Positions 1 to 11,275 of a stretch of 64,000 bases of DNA are shown here, in pieces. This DNA comes from Eledone cirrhosa (taxonomy: Eukaryota). The position numbers were made by a program, and so were the translations under genes. The stretch spans positions 23,684,001 to 23,748,000 of the forward strand of contig OZ024745.1 in the NCBI GenBank assembly GCA_964016885.1, given 5' to 3'. The notes under the pieces were generated by a model. The model saw only the letters and a list, made by a program, of their open reading frames with translations, was not told where the DNA came from and did not search any database. The first letter of the stretch is position 1. Each line of letters opens with the position of its first letter.

Positions 1-324
1 AAAACACAAGCATTTGTTTGATACAGAACATGTAACCTGTTGTACAGACACAGAACAAGAAACAATCGCTAGTTCCCGCCAGAGACTAACACAAGGAAAT
101 ACTGCAATGACTGACCAGATTGTAAGTAGCATGGGCCGACATTAAGCAAAAAGCCGATGATAGGGTGATTCTTTATTAGATTGTGTTGTCTATAAACCTT
201 CTCATCGTTTATTCGTCATTTCCTGTAGTTCTGTCTCGTTTTCAATGAATCTATTGCTAATTTTACAATTATATATGTATATGTACATATATATGTGTGT
301 GTGCGCGTGTATATATATATATGA

Positions 325-540
325 AGGCGCGTGGCTGAGTGGTTAGAGAATTGGATTCACAATCTTGAGGTTGCGAGTTCGATTCCTGGACCGGACGATG
401 CGTTATGTCCCTGAGCAAGACACTTTATTTCACGTTGCTCCTTCTACCTGGAGTTGCGACCGATAGATAGTAATAGCAATTGGAAAGACTCATGGGAACA
501 TTGTTTCCTCGGTCCGATTTGACGAAAGTCGATCGACTGA
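325..540 (+). mobile_element. tRNA-derived SINE (family 1)
   Basis: A-box-like GGCGCGTGGCTGAGTGGTTAGAG, B-box GAGTTCGATTCC, then TGTCCCTGAGCAAGACACTTTATTTCACGTTGCTCC; related copies at ~15770, ~16150, ~19130 and ~19470(-). Confidence 0.75.
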
Positions 541-661
541 CTATATATATATATATACATTTGTTTGTGTGTGTGTGTTTGTGTGTGTGTTTGTGTGTGT
601 GTGTGCGTATGTGTGTGTGTGTGTGTGTTTGTGTGTGTGTATTTGGGTGTGTGTTTGTGTG

Positions 662-714
<53 letters not shown>

Positions 715-765
715 GTGCGTGCGTGTGCGTATGTGTGTGTGCGTGTGCGTATGTGTGTGTGTGTT
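541..765. repeat. (TA)n/(TG)n microsatellite
   Basis: Directly visible dinucleotide runs. Confidence 0.95.
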
Positions 766-890
766 AGTAAAAAGCTCGTGGTCGATCCTCTACTATTACT
801 AATATACACAACCTGCATCATACCATATATTGAGTACTTCTTTGATTTCTGGTCTTGCCGGTCCCACTACCCCAGATTATATATAATATA
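766..890 (+). mobile_element. Possible Penelope-like 3' tail fragment ending in (TA)n
   Basis: Shares TATTGAGTACTT with the tail at 31076-31088 and also runs into TA repeats. Confidence 0.3.
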
Positions 891-986
891 TATATAGGGA
901 GAGAGAGAGAGATAGACAGCGATAGGTATATATATATATATATAGAGAGAGAGAGATAGATAGATAGATAGATAGACAGCGATAGG

Positions 987-1020
<34 letters not shown>

Positions 1021-1047
1021 TAGATAGATAGATAGATAGACAGCGAT

Positions 1048-1094
<47 letters not shown>

Positions 1095-1120
1095 TAGATA
1101 GATAGATAGACAGCGATAGG

Positions 1121-1154
<34 letters not shown>

Positions 1155-1188
1155 TAGATAGATAGATAGATAGATAGACAGCGATAGG

Positions 1189-1222
<34 letters not shown>

Positions 1223-1253
1223 TAGATAGATAGATAGATAGATAGACAGCGAT

Positions 1254-1301
<48 letters not shown>

Positions 1302-1377
1302 AGAGAGAGAGAGATAGACAGCGATAGGTATATATATATATATAGAGAGAGAGATAGATAGATAGATAGACAGCGAT

Positions 1378-1414
<37 letters not shown>

Positions 1415-1439
1415 GAGAGAGGGAGAGAGAGAAAGAGAT

Positions 1440-1496
<57 letters not shown>

Positions 1497-1500
1497 CTGA
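890..1500. repeat. Compound tandem repeat GATAGACAGCGATAGG-(TA)n-(GA)n-(GATA)n, ~8 units
   Basis: Fixed core GACAGCGATAGG recurs every ~50-70 bp between microsatellite runs. Confidence 0.9.
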
Positions 1501-1699
1501 TGAATGTGGGAGGTAAAGAGCAAGAATGAAAACTGAATGACGGAAGGAAAGAAAAACTGAAAGAAAGAAGAAAAAAAAAGAAAAAAAGGGAGAAAGAAAG
1601 AAGGAAAGAAAATGAGAAATAGAAATTGATGGACAGAATGAGAAAATGACAGGAAGTGTGGTAGAGAGAGGTTGGAGGAAATATTGAGTGAGAGAGAGG

Positions 1700-1972
1700 G
1701 AGAGGTAAGACAGATAGAGGGGGGGGGGTGAGAGGGGGAGTGAGAGAGAGTGAGTGAAAGAGAGTGAGAGAGATAAGAGTGATAGATAGATGAGAGCGTG
1801 TGAGGGAATGATTGAGTGAGAGAGAGTCAGAGAGAGTGAGTGAGAGAGAGTGAGAGAGAGAGAGAGAGTGAGAAATAAGAGTGATAGATAGATTAGAACG
1901 TGTGAGGGAGTGATTTAGTGAGAGAGAGAGAGAGTGTGTGTGTGTGTGAGTGAGAGAGAACAAGAGATTGGA

Positions 1973-2005
<33 letters not shown>

Positions 2006-2277
2006 GAGAGAGAGTGAGAGAAATAAGAGTGATAGATAGATTAGAACGTGTGAGGGAGTGATTTAGTGAGAGAGAGAGAGAGAGAGTGAGTGTGTGTGTG
2101 TGAGCGAGAGAGAACAAGAGATTGGAATAGAGAGAGAGAGATAGAGTGATTAAATGAGAGTAAGAAAGAGAGGGAGAGAGAGAGAGGGAGATAGATAAAT
2201 GGATAGAGAGAGAGAGAGAGAGTGATTAAATGAGAGTAAGAAAGAGAGGGAGAGAGAGAGAGGGAGATAGATAAATG

Positions 2278-2308
<31 letters not shown>

Positions 2309-2684
2309 TGATTAAATGAGAGTAAGAAAGAGAGGGAGAGAGAGAGAGGGAGATAGATAGATAGGTAGATAGATAGATAGAGAGAGAGAGAGTGATTAAG
2401 TGAGAGAAAGAAAGAGAGAGAGAGAGAGAGAGAGGGAGATAGATAAATGGATAGATAGATAGATAGATAGATAAAGAGATAGAGAGAGAGAGAGTGATTA
2501 AATGAGAGTAAGAAAGAGAGGGAGAGAGAGAGAGGGAGATAGATAAATGGATAGATAGATAGAGAGAGAGAGATAGAGAGAGAGAGAGTGATTAAATGAG
2601 AGTAAGAAAGAGAGGGAGAGAGAGATAGGGAGATAGATAGATAGATAGGTAGATAGATAGATAGAGAGAGAGAGAGAGTGATTA

Positions 2685-2722
<38 letters not shown>

Positions 2723-2725
2723 GAG
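1700..2725. repeat. (AG)/(GATA)-rich compound tandem repeats
   Basis: Recurring cores GTGATTAAATGAGAGTAAGAAAG and GATTAGAACGTGTGAGGG. Confidence 0.9.
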
Positions 2726-2729
2726 AAGT

Positions 2730-2896
2730 GATCCGACAGCTGAACCCTAAACGGAGACACCATTAATCCGCTGCGGAACTGACTGACAGCGACGCCTGGC
2801 GGCGAAATCCGCTGTCAGTGGGATCATGACGATGTCACAGGTCGGACTCTGCAACGGCGTAAGTGATGGTTTACCCAATGGGATTACGTCAGCTTG
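2730..2896. promoter_or_regulatory. CpG-rich unique island; possible promoter or first exon
   Basis: CpG-dense; contains a CCAAT next to TTACGTCA (CRE/ATF-like), a short ATG reading frame MTMSQVGLCNG followed by GTAAGT donor consensus, and hairpin ACTGACAGCG...CGCTGTCAGT. Confidence 0.3.
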
Positions 2897-2939
<43 letters not shown>

Positions 2940-3150
2940 TATGTATATATGTGTGTGTATATGTGTATTACACGCATATATATATATATATTATATATAT
3001 ATATACACGTTATATATATATATTTATATATATATATATACACGTTCTCGTGACTGTGTGTTTATCATACACGCATGCAACCGCGCACACACAAACACAT
3101 ACACACAGACAGACACACTCACATACATATATGAATATATACATATGACG

Positions 3151-3198
<48 letters not shown>

Positions 3199-3319
3199 AT
3201 CTGTGTGTGTGTGTGTGTGTGTACAGTCATATGGATGTAAATTCTTCCTTGTGTTTCGTTATATATGTGAACTCTATATACATTATATATACATTTTCCT
3301 GGCTCCATATATTTGGCTT

Positions 3320-3360
<41 letters not shown>

Positions 3361-3383
3361 ATATACGCATGTATGTATGTATG

Positions 3384-3417
<34 letters not shown>

Positions 3418-3427
3418 TGTATGTATG

Positions 3428-4375
3428 TTCTTCTGATTTTATAATTTCACAAATTTTTTCCCAATAAAGAGAGAGTCGGTTTCTAACATAGACACAAGAC
3501 TCTCTCATTGGAATTTACACAACATGAACTAGGTAGATATGCATGCATGTGTAGATATGGATGTTATTGTATGTGTGGATGTGTACGTTTTGAGTTGTAT
3601 GTGTGCATGTGTACATGCTTTGTATCTGTAAATGTGTATATGCAGTTATTAGATGCAACATTTTTGAAATGTTTTACATATTTTTACTGTTCCATTATTG
3701 GATTGTACTTGTAATTTCCTAACTAGATGTGTTCTTTCTGTCCCTGTGAAGCCTAGCTTCTCAAGATTTCTATTGAGGCAGTTACTAACATACCGCAGTG
3801 CCCCAATAATCATAGGCATAAATCTGCAGATTTCTCATCAGTTCTGCATAAATATTCTCCTTTTCGTTAATCTTTGATATTATATTGGCATCTGCTGGGC
3901 AGCTAATTTCCACTGCCGTGTATGCTTTCTTCTCCCTGTCCCATATAATAATATCTGGTCTGTTATGCCTGCATTATATTGGGGTTTTTACTGGAACATT
4001 CCACTAGTACTCTTTCATATTATGTACATGGATGTCTTCCACATTGCTGTAGCTTTTAATGTGTTTATTATCGGGGCTATCTTTTTTACGAACTGCATTG
4101 TACAGTGTTTTGGCCACTACATTATGCCTCATAGGTAGATAGTACCGCGATGACATCTTTGGACAGCTGCTGATGACATGGGTGAAATCCTCGATGTTAG
4201 TTCTGCAGAGTCTGCACTTGTTATCACATCTAGGTGTTTTACCTGCATCCCTATCTCTTTGTGAATCAGGTATTTCGTGTTAATCTCCTGTTCTTGGATT
4301 GCAAAAGCGTATCCTTCAAAGTGGGAGCCAATATAGTGGTTGTTGGTCCAAGATAGACTACTTTCCTTAACTATA
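3428..4375 (-). mobile_element. 5'-truncated, degenerate R4/Dong-like non-LTR retrotransposon (CCHC + restriction-like endonuclease), copy 1
   Basis: Minus-strand translation SHFEGYAFAIQEQEINTKYL...[36 protein letters not shown], followed by an RHNRPD motif; homologous to 28308-28916; 3' end abuts (TATG)n. Confidence 0.8.
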
Positions 4376-4384
4376 TTACTCTCA

Positions 4385-4385
<1 letters not shown>

Positions 4386-4444
<59 letters not shown>

Positions 4445-4445
4445 A

Positions 4446-4486
<41 letters not shown>

Positions 4487-4500
4487 GTCTATCTATCTCT
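4386..4500. repeat. (ATCT)n tract 5' of Tx1 copy A
   Basis: Directly visible tetranucleotide repeat. Confidence 0.95.
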
Positions 4501-4709
4501 CTGCCTGAAGCGTGGAACATCGGCGGTGAGATTTTTTGTAAATTTATATACGAAAAACAGAACGAATTGTTTGAAAAAACATATTATTTTGGAGATTAAC
4601 CCCCAAGCTGAATTGTCAGCTGTATGGTAATCCCATTTTTCGCCCCTTTGGGGGCGAACATTTAATTTAAAAATTGTTTTAAAATATCAAATTTTGCCAA
4701 CTATAAAAC

Positions 4710-6560
4710 ATGAATAACACGACAAGAACGATATCTGCTTCTGCTACTATGGACGTCGCCATAGATACGACTGTCAACAAAGGAAAAAAAAATATTGCCA
4801 CTTGAAGATTGTACAATTTCTACCATCGAAGCAGAAAAACATGAAAACACAGGAATTAACCCATTAAAATACATACACATGAAAAAAACAACATCAACAA
4901 CTACACAGATACATCTACACATAAAGTTTCACCTCGTCAAGGAACTGAGATTTCCAACACCGAGGCTAACAACGATGACAACAACAACAACAACAGCAAC
5001 ACCACACAAAAAAAGAAAATGTCTTTCGCTGAAACAGTGAACAAAAAGCAAGATTGTATAAATCTTGACATCTCAAATGCAAGAGATATGCTCCAGCAAG
5101 GGAGAAAATTTGTAACTTTCGAAGAGAATGGTGGGTTTAGAATTAAATCACCCTTGAAATAAAAGAAGACAGTGCGCAGAACAGTGACCTTTAGGACTGA
5201 GTCCAATACCACGAGAAAGCCGATATTTGTTAGTCAAGGAGATATAGAAAATACATTGAAAGAAATTCTAGCAAATATCGAATTTCTCCAACGAGGAAAA
5301 CAGTACGGAAGTGTTTCCGTACTGTTTAAAAGCGAGGCACTCGCCTGAAAACATTCTGTGAGACCAATAGTGTCAAAAGCATTCACCTTTTTCCCTACAT
5401 ACATGGGAAAAAGGACACAAAAAAAAATATATATATACCACCAAACATTAACATCTGGTGGATCTTAGCTGGCTTCGTAGTGCCAGAAACTGATATGATT
5501 CTTTCGATACGAAAGTCTATTCGACAAAGGTGGGCGGGTACTGATTTGGAGATTCTCTTGCAAATGAGGCCGGAGAGAATCTCCAAAATACCCGAAAGAG
5601 TCGTCATCGATGATAACAACAAAATAAACATTTCGGTAGAAGGACGAAAATTTCGTTGCTTTCGCTGTGATAGCACAGCACACCTAAAAGCCTCTTATCC
5701 TTCACAAACACACCACAACAACATCATTAAAAAAACACTATTACCAACACCAAAGCAACCACCACCACCACAAGTACAACGACAGACGAAACGAGCAACC
5801 ACACCAAAACAAACAGCCACTCAACCAACAACAACAGAAAAAACAGAGACAACAACCCTGAAGAACACAGCCCCATCCCATCCCACTCCATCAAACACTA
5901 CCACAAACACACACACCGAAACACCACCACCACACAACATACCCCTACCCCACACTCCTGACGATGATTATTCATCGACAGATGAAGCTGCTTCACCTTC
6001 TTTAAGTGAAGACGAGGGAGAGCCGCGGAAATCTAAAAAACAAAAAAAAGAGACACCACAAAACCCCCAAAACTCCAATCACCAACACCAACACACAACC
6101 ACAGACACAAACAACAACACAAACAACACCACAGTCAAACATCCCCCTACCAGCAAAACCAACACCAACACCACCCCAAACACAAGCACCCACCATAAAA
6201 AGAAAACTCCCGGACGAACAACAAACTAAAACAACACAACAAAAACACAAACAACAATACGCATACATCAACACACAAACAACAAGAGTTTGATGGAGGT
6301 CATCTCCCCAAACCCCAAGGTGGAGATGGAGGGCAAAACTTTTGTCAAGGCAGAATCGTCTCCACACCTTAAACTTATAAGGGTTTCTATGGAAACCTAT
6401 AATGCCCTGAAAAATAAATTTTCACAGGACGTGGGCAACCCCTGCTAGAAACCCATCAACCGCGTCCTGTTAAAATGTTTCCCCACCCCACCCAACACCC
6501 CATCCAGCACCCAAATGGAGATTGAACAATCCGATCTCCAGGAAACGAAAAGGTAAATGA
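4710..6560 (+). pseudogene. ORF1 of copy A (frameshifted; zinc knuckle decayed, CFRCDSTAHLKASY)
   Basis: ORF 5480-6229 aligns with B/C ORF1 (QMRPERI..IP..V..D...INISVEGR). Confidence 0.8.
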
Positions 6561-6599
6561 ACCTTTCGTCCTTTTTCTCCAGCTCTTCTTCACCACTTC

Positions 6600-8785
6600 T
6601 TTCCCGACTGCACCACAGTGGACGTGGGCAAACCGTAGCGGGACATCTAGATCGTATTTAGATAGGTTCTTCATTAGAGAAAGGGACAAGGAGATGTTAA
6701 GCTGTCCACGAATGTACAAGTCACCCGGTCTAGATGGTCTACCCTATGAGTTTTACATAGGCATGCCGGACTTGTTCTCTGGCGTCCTCGAAGCCGTCTA
6801 CTGCAATTGGCAGCAGAACGGGAGAATTCCCAGTTCTGCAGGCAAGGGCGTAGTAACGCTGATCAGGAAAGACGAGAACAAGGGGGACGAAATTAACAAC
6901 TTCAGGCCCATAACTCTGCTAAGCACAGAGTTAATGATTTTGGCCAAGGTGCTAGCGACGAGGTTGGCGGCTGTCGTCGAGAATCTGGTAGGGAAAGCGC
7001 AATGGTGTGTAATCCCGACCTGGTCCATACACAACAACCTCCACCTCATACGATAGATCATAGAGAGGGTGGGTAGTAAATCCGGCTTCGGTGGGGTTCT
7101 GATCAATTTGGATCAGTCTAAGGCATTCGATAGGGTCGACCATCGATACATGGAAGCGGTTCTCAAGGCGGCCGGTTTCGGTCCCGTTTTTAGAGGTTGG
7201 ATCGAGGCGATGCACACCAGCATCTGCTCGAGGGTCAATGTGAACGGCTACTTATCGGAGCCGTTCGCAATCACGCGTTCTATTCGACGGGAGTGCCCTC
7301 TCTCCTCCATTCTGTATGTATTGACTCTAGAGCCACTACTGCGGAAATTGGAGCTGTTGCAGGGCATCCCTCTAGAACCGGGACTGTGCAAAGCGGCGAC
7401 GGCTTATGCCGACGACGTGACGGTAATGGTGTTGAGCACCTCGGAAATCGGGGTGATCGGTAATTTACTGAAAAAATACGAAACGCTGACGGGAGCAAAA
7501 CTGAACCCGGACAAGTCTGTCGGTTTGCAACTCCGTACGTGGAGAGGCAAACCGATGACGTCCGACAGCGTCATTGGACGCTGGACGGACGGACCGATAA
7601 AATTGCTCGGGGTCTGGTTCGGTCCAGACCTCCAGGTGGATAAAAACTGGAACGAGGTCACGGCCAAGGTGTTTGCACTTACCCAGAAGTGGGCAGAGTG
7701 CAAACTGTCCTTGAAAGGTCGAGCGGAGAGGGCGAACACTTTCATAGCGTCCGTCATCTACTACCGCTTGACTGTCGTGCCTTGTCCCCGTGAACACCTC
7801 GCCAAGTTGGAACGCATGCTCTTCCAGTTTCTGTGAAAGAAGCAGGCTCCACTGGTGAGGAGATACGTCTGCTGTCAGCACCCTTCCAACGGAGGGCTGG
7901 GAATGCTGTGGCTGATGATGCACCAACATGCGCTGAGGCTGCGGTATCTCCAGGTATTCCTCACCGACCCCCAACCGGTGTGGGCACCGTTTGTGAGACA
8001 GGCTTTCCGACAGCTCGTCTCCCTGACGGAGCTGCAGTCCTGGGTGAAGAAAAGACCGAAAACGATGGGCGCCTGGCACATTGAATGCGCTCAGGAGCTC
8101 ATAGTCCTCTGGCAAGCGGGCACAGCAATCAGTGGAGACTCCATTTCGACATTCTATAGAGGGATTGTACGTTACAAGGGCGACGACGTGCTCGGAGAGA
8201 CTCTAGGCGTCAATGACGATGAGCTCACCAGTCTGTTTGGTAGGACTTCCGCCCGGGACCTATGGACAATTTCCAGAGGTCCCTGGCCTGGCAGTGCTAC
8301 CGAGGAGCTCTACCGGTTCGTGACAATATTTACAGGCACGGACGCCCCGGCAGGGATCCTTCCAAGAAGACGTGTCCAAGATGCGCGCAGGACATTGAAA
8401 CAGGCCTGCACGCAATTAAACACTTCCCGGGCGTAACCGACCTGTGGAACTATGCAGAACAACTGCTGTCGCGTATGGAACAAATCCAGTTGACTGCCGA
8501 GTCCATAGTAAGGATCAAACCGCCAGCCTCTTTCAAAAACGAAAGAGAGGCGGTTTTCCTCTGTACGGTGGCTATGGTGAAAGAAATTATATGGTGGACG
8601 AAATTGAGAGGACTGAGGACAGATGCCTTTCTCTCTGGACAACAATTCCCTTCTTTAAATATCACTTTAGAAGGAGAATCAGGGTGGAGAGAGAGGCACT
8701 GCACCCCAGTAAATTTACTGAAAGGTGGGTGAATGAAGCGAAAATGTGCCGAGTGATTGGGCCTTCTCTGTTTATAAGCCTGTAG
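6600..8785 (+). pseudogene. ORF2 of copy A (most endonuclease deleted; RT with stops and frameshifts)
   Basis: KSPGLDGLPYEFY, LDQSKAFDRVDH, AYADDVTV, zf CPRC; stops at ~7054 and ~7834. Confidence 0.9.
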
Positions 8786-9018
8786 GTTGAGGAAGAGAGC
8801 AAAAGGAAGAAAGGAGCACTTGCACAACACGCTCCTTGAGTTGAGGGTTGTTCTATCGACGGGGTATTAAACAACCCATTTGTGGCGCCTCCCCCCTATT
8901 GGGGATTTCGATTGTTGAAATTGTTTGTTTTTATATTTTTTACACGACTGTATGTAAAATCCCCGGCATGTCTTTGTATTGTCCCCTTTCTTGTTGCGCC
9001 CTTGTGGCTATTAAAGAA

Positions 9019-9138
<120 letters not shown>

Positions 9139-9355
9139 AGTCGTGTGTCACTTCGCGGAGAAGTTTCCGTTAATTTATGTAAGGAAAAAACGTGAGTTTT
9201 TAGTTCAATTTTATATCATTGTGTAACTTGACCACCCGTCTGGACCTTCAGGTGGTGGGTCAACTCATTTTCGCCCCTTCAGGGGCGGAATATCCATTTA
9301 AAAAAATTTTCTCCATCGAATCTTGGAAAAAATATTGTAAAATTTTGATTACGTT

Positions 9356-11242
9356 ATGAACGCTGCGTCCAACGATAATGGTGGTGGAGAGGCGGTAAGA
9401 CTACAAAGCTCGCAGTCAACAACGTCTTCTTCACTAGATACTATAGAGATGGAAAGACAAAATGAAAATAAAAAAACGAATTCACATCCAAACAACACAA
9501 ATGACACCAAACAGCTCAATGACAACAAAAATAACAGCAAAACCAATAATGATGATAAAAGCAACAATGATAACAACAACAAAGAAAAAAATAAAGACAA
9601 CGCCAATAACACCAGCATCAAAGACAACAACAACACCAAGGAAAATACGGATGATACCAACATCGATGACAACAAGAATAACAACAAGAATAACAACAAT
9701 AATGACAACACCACCAATACGGATTCCACAAAGAAACCAAAAATCTTCTTTGCGGAGAAAGTTCAAAAGAAAGAACAATTGATATATCTCGACATAACAA
9801 ATGCTGAACACCTTTTAAAGGACGCTAAGAGATATGTCACCTTCGAAAAAAATGGTGCTTTCAGCATCAATTCTCCGGTAGAAATTCGCAAGGAAACTGC
9901 TCTCAAAACGATAGTTTTTAGGACAGTTTCCAATTCTACCCGAAAACCAGTCCAATTGTCACAGAAAGATATTGGACTGGTTTTCAAAGATTCAATGAAT
10001 GATATTGCATTCATTCAAAGAAGCAAACTTTTTGGGAGTATTTCGGTACTGATGAAGGATCAATTGACGGCCCAAAATTACTCTGTGTCGCCAATTGTAT
10101 CCAACCTGTACACCTTTTTCCCTACATACATGGGAAAAAGGACACAAAAGATCAGAATCACAAGTGTCACACCAAAGGTGAACATATGGTGGATACTGTG
10201 CGGCTTCATCAATTTTGATGAAGACAGAATACTGTCAGTAGGCAAGTCCCCCAGAGATGTATTCAATGGGACTAGCATTGAAGTTCTGGTGCAAATGAGC
10301 CCAGAGCGAATAGCTATGATCCCACAGCGTGTACTCCTGGACGGACTTACCTACATAAACCTTTCGGTTGAGGGTAGGCGGCCTTCATGTTACCATTGCT
10401 TTAGCAGGGGTCACCTGAGGGCTTCCTGTCCTAAACTAATGAACCAAAAAAAGGCTCTTCTGCCAACACCCATCAAAACAACACAACCACCAACACCACC
10501 ACTACAACAACAACACCAACACACAAAAATAACCACAACAAACACAGTCCCACCCAACCTCACTCCACCTAAAACCACTGCAAAATCACATACAGACACA
10601 ACAGCTCCCCAAGACATACCCCTCCCCAATCACACAGACGATACAACAGATGAGGCTATCTCGCCATCACCCAGTGAAGACGAGGGAGAACCCCATCGCT
10701 CGAAAAGAAAGAAAAGACATCACAAAAGCAAAAAACCAGCAAACACTACCACAAACATACAACCACCAACACAAACAACAAAAATATCACAAACAAAACC
10801 CCCACCTCCTGAAAACAAAATACCTACAACAAAACGAAAGCACACACAAGAACTACAGACAAAAACAAACACAACACAAGAAAATTACACTTACACTTAC
10901 ATAAACACTGAAAACAAAACACTAATGGAGACCATTACGAACGACCCCACTCTATAAAAAAATAGCAAAAAAATGAACCTAAAACTGATTAGGGTCCCTA
11001 TACAAACTTATAGGTCCCTAAAAGAAACATTTGAGAAGGATGTGGGGAATTCCTGCGTGAAACCACTCAACCGCGTCCTTCTCAAATGCCTCCCCACCCC
11101 AGACACCCCCATCCCACCAGACCCCACCCCACCAAACATCTGCGTCCCCACCCCGCCGGAAACCACCACCCATCCAGACAACCCCTCCAACACCCCCATG
11201 GAAATCGTGCGGCCTGGTCCCCAGGAGGCGAAGGGTGAGTGA
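9356..11242 (+). CDS. ORF1 gag-like protein, copy B (one in-frame stop at 10955-10957)
   Basis: Asn-rich N terminus, CYHCFSRGHLRASC (CX2CX4HX4C), Pro/Thr linker; ORF 10973-11242 continues in the same frame. Confidence 0.85.
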
Positions 11243-11275
11243 TCTCTTTTCCTCTTTTAACTTTTCAGCACCAAC

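Noticed and set aside
325-400. tRNA genes
   Set aside because: A/B boxes belong to SINE heads; no cloverleaf
444-3508. YI-, CV-, HT- and LS-rich ORFs (also at 17-18, 26, 52, 57 and 60-63 kb)
   Set aside because: Stop-free frames of dinucleotide and tetranucleotide microsatellites
10955-10975. Programmed readthrough or a separate third ORF in Tx1
   Set aside because: Stops fall at different positions in B and C, which fits independent nonsense mutations better
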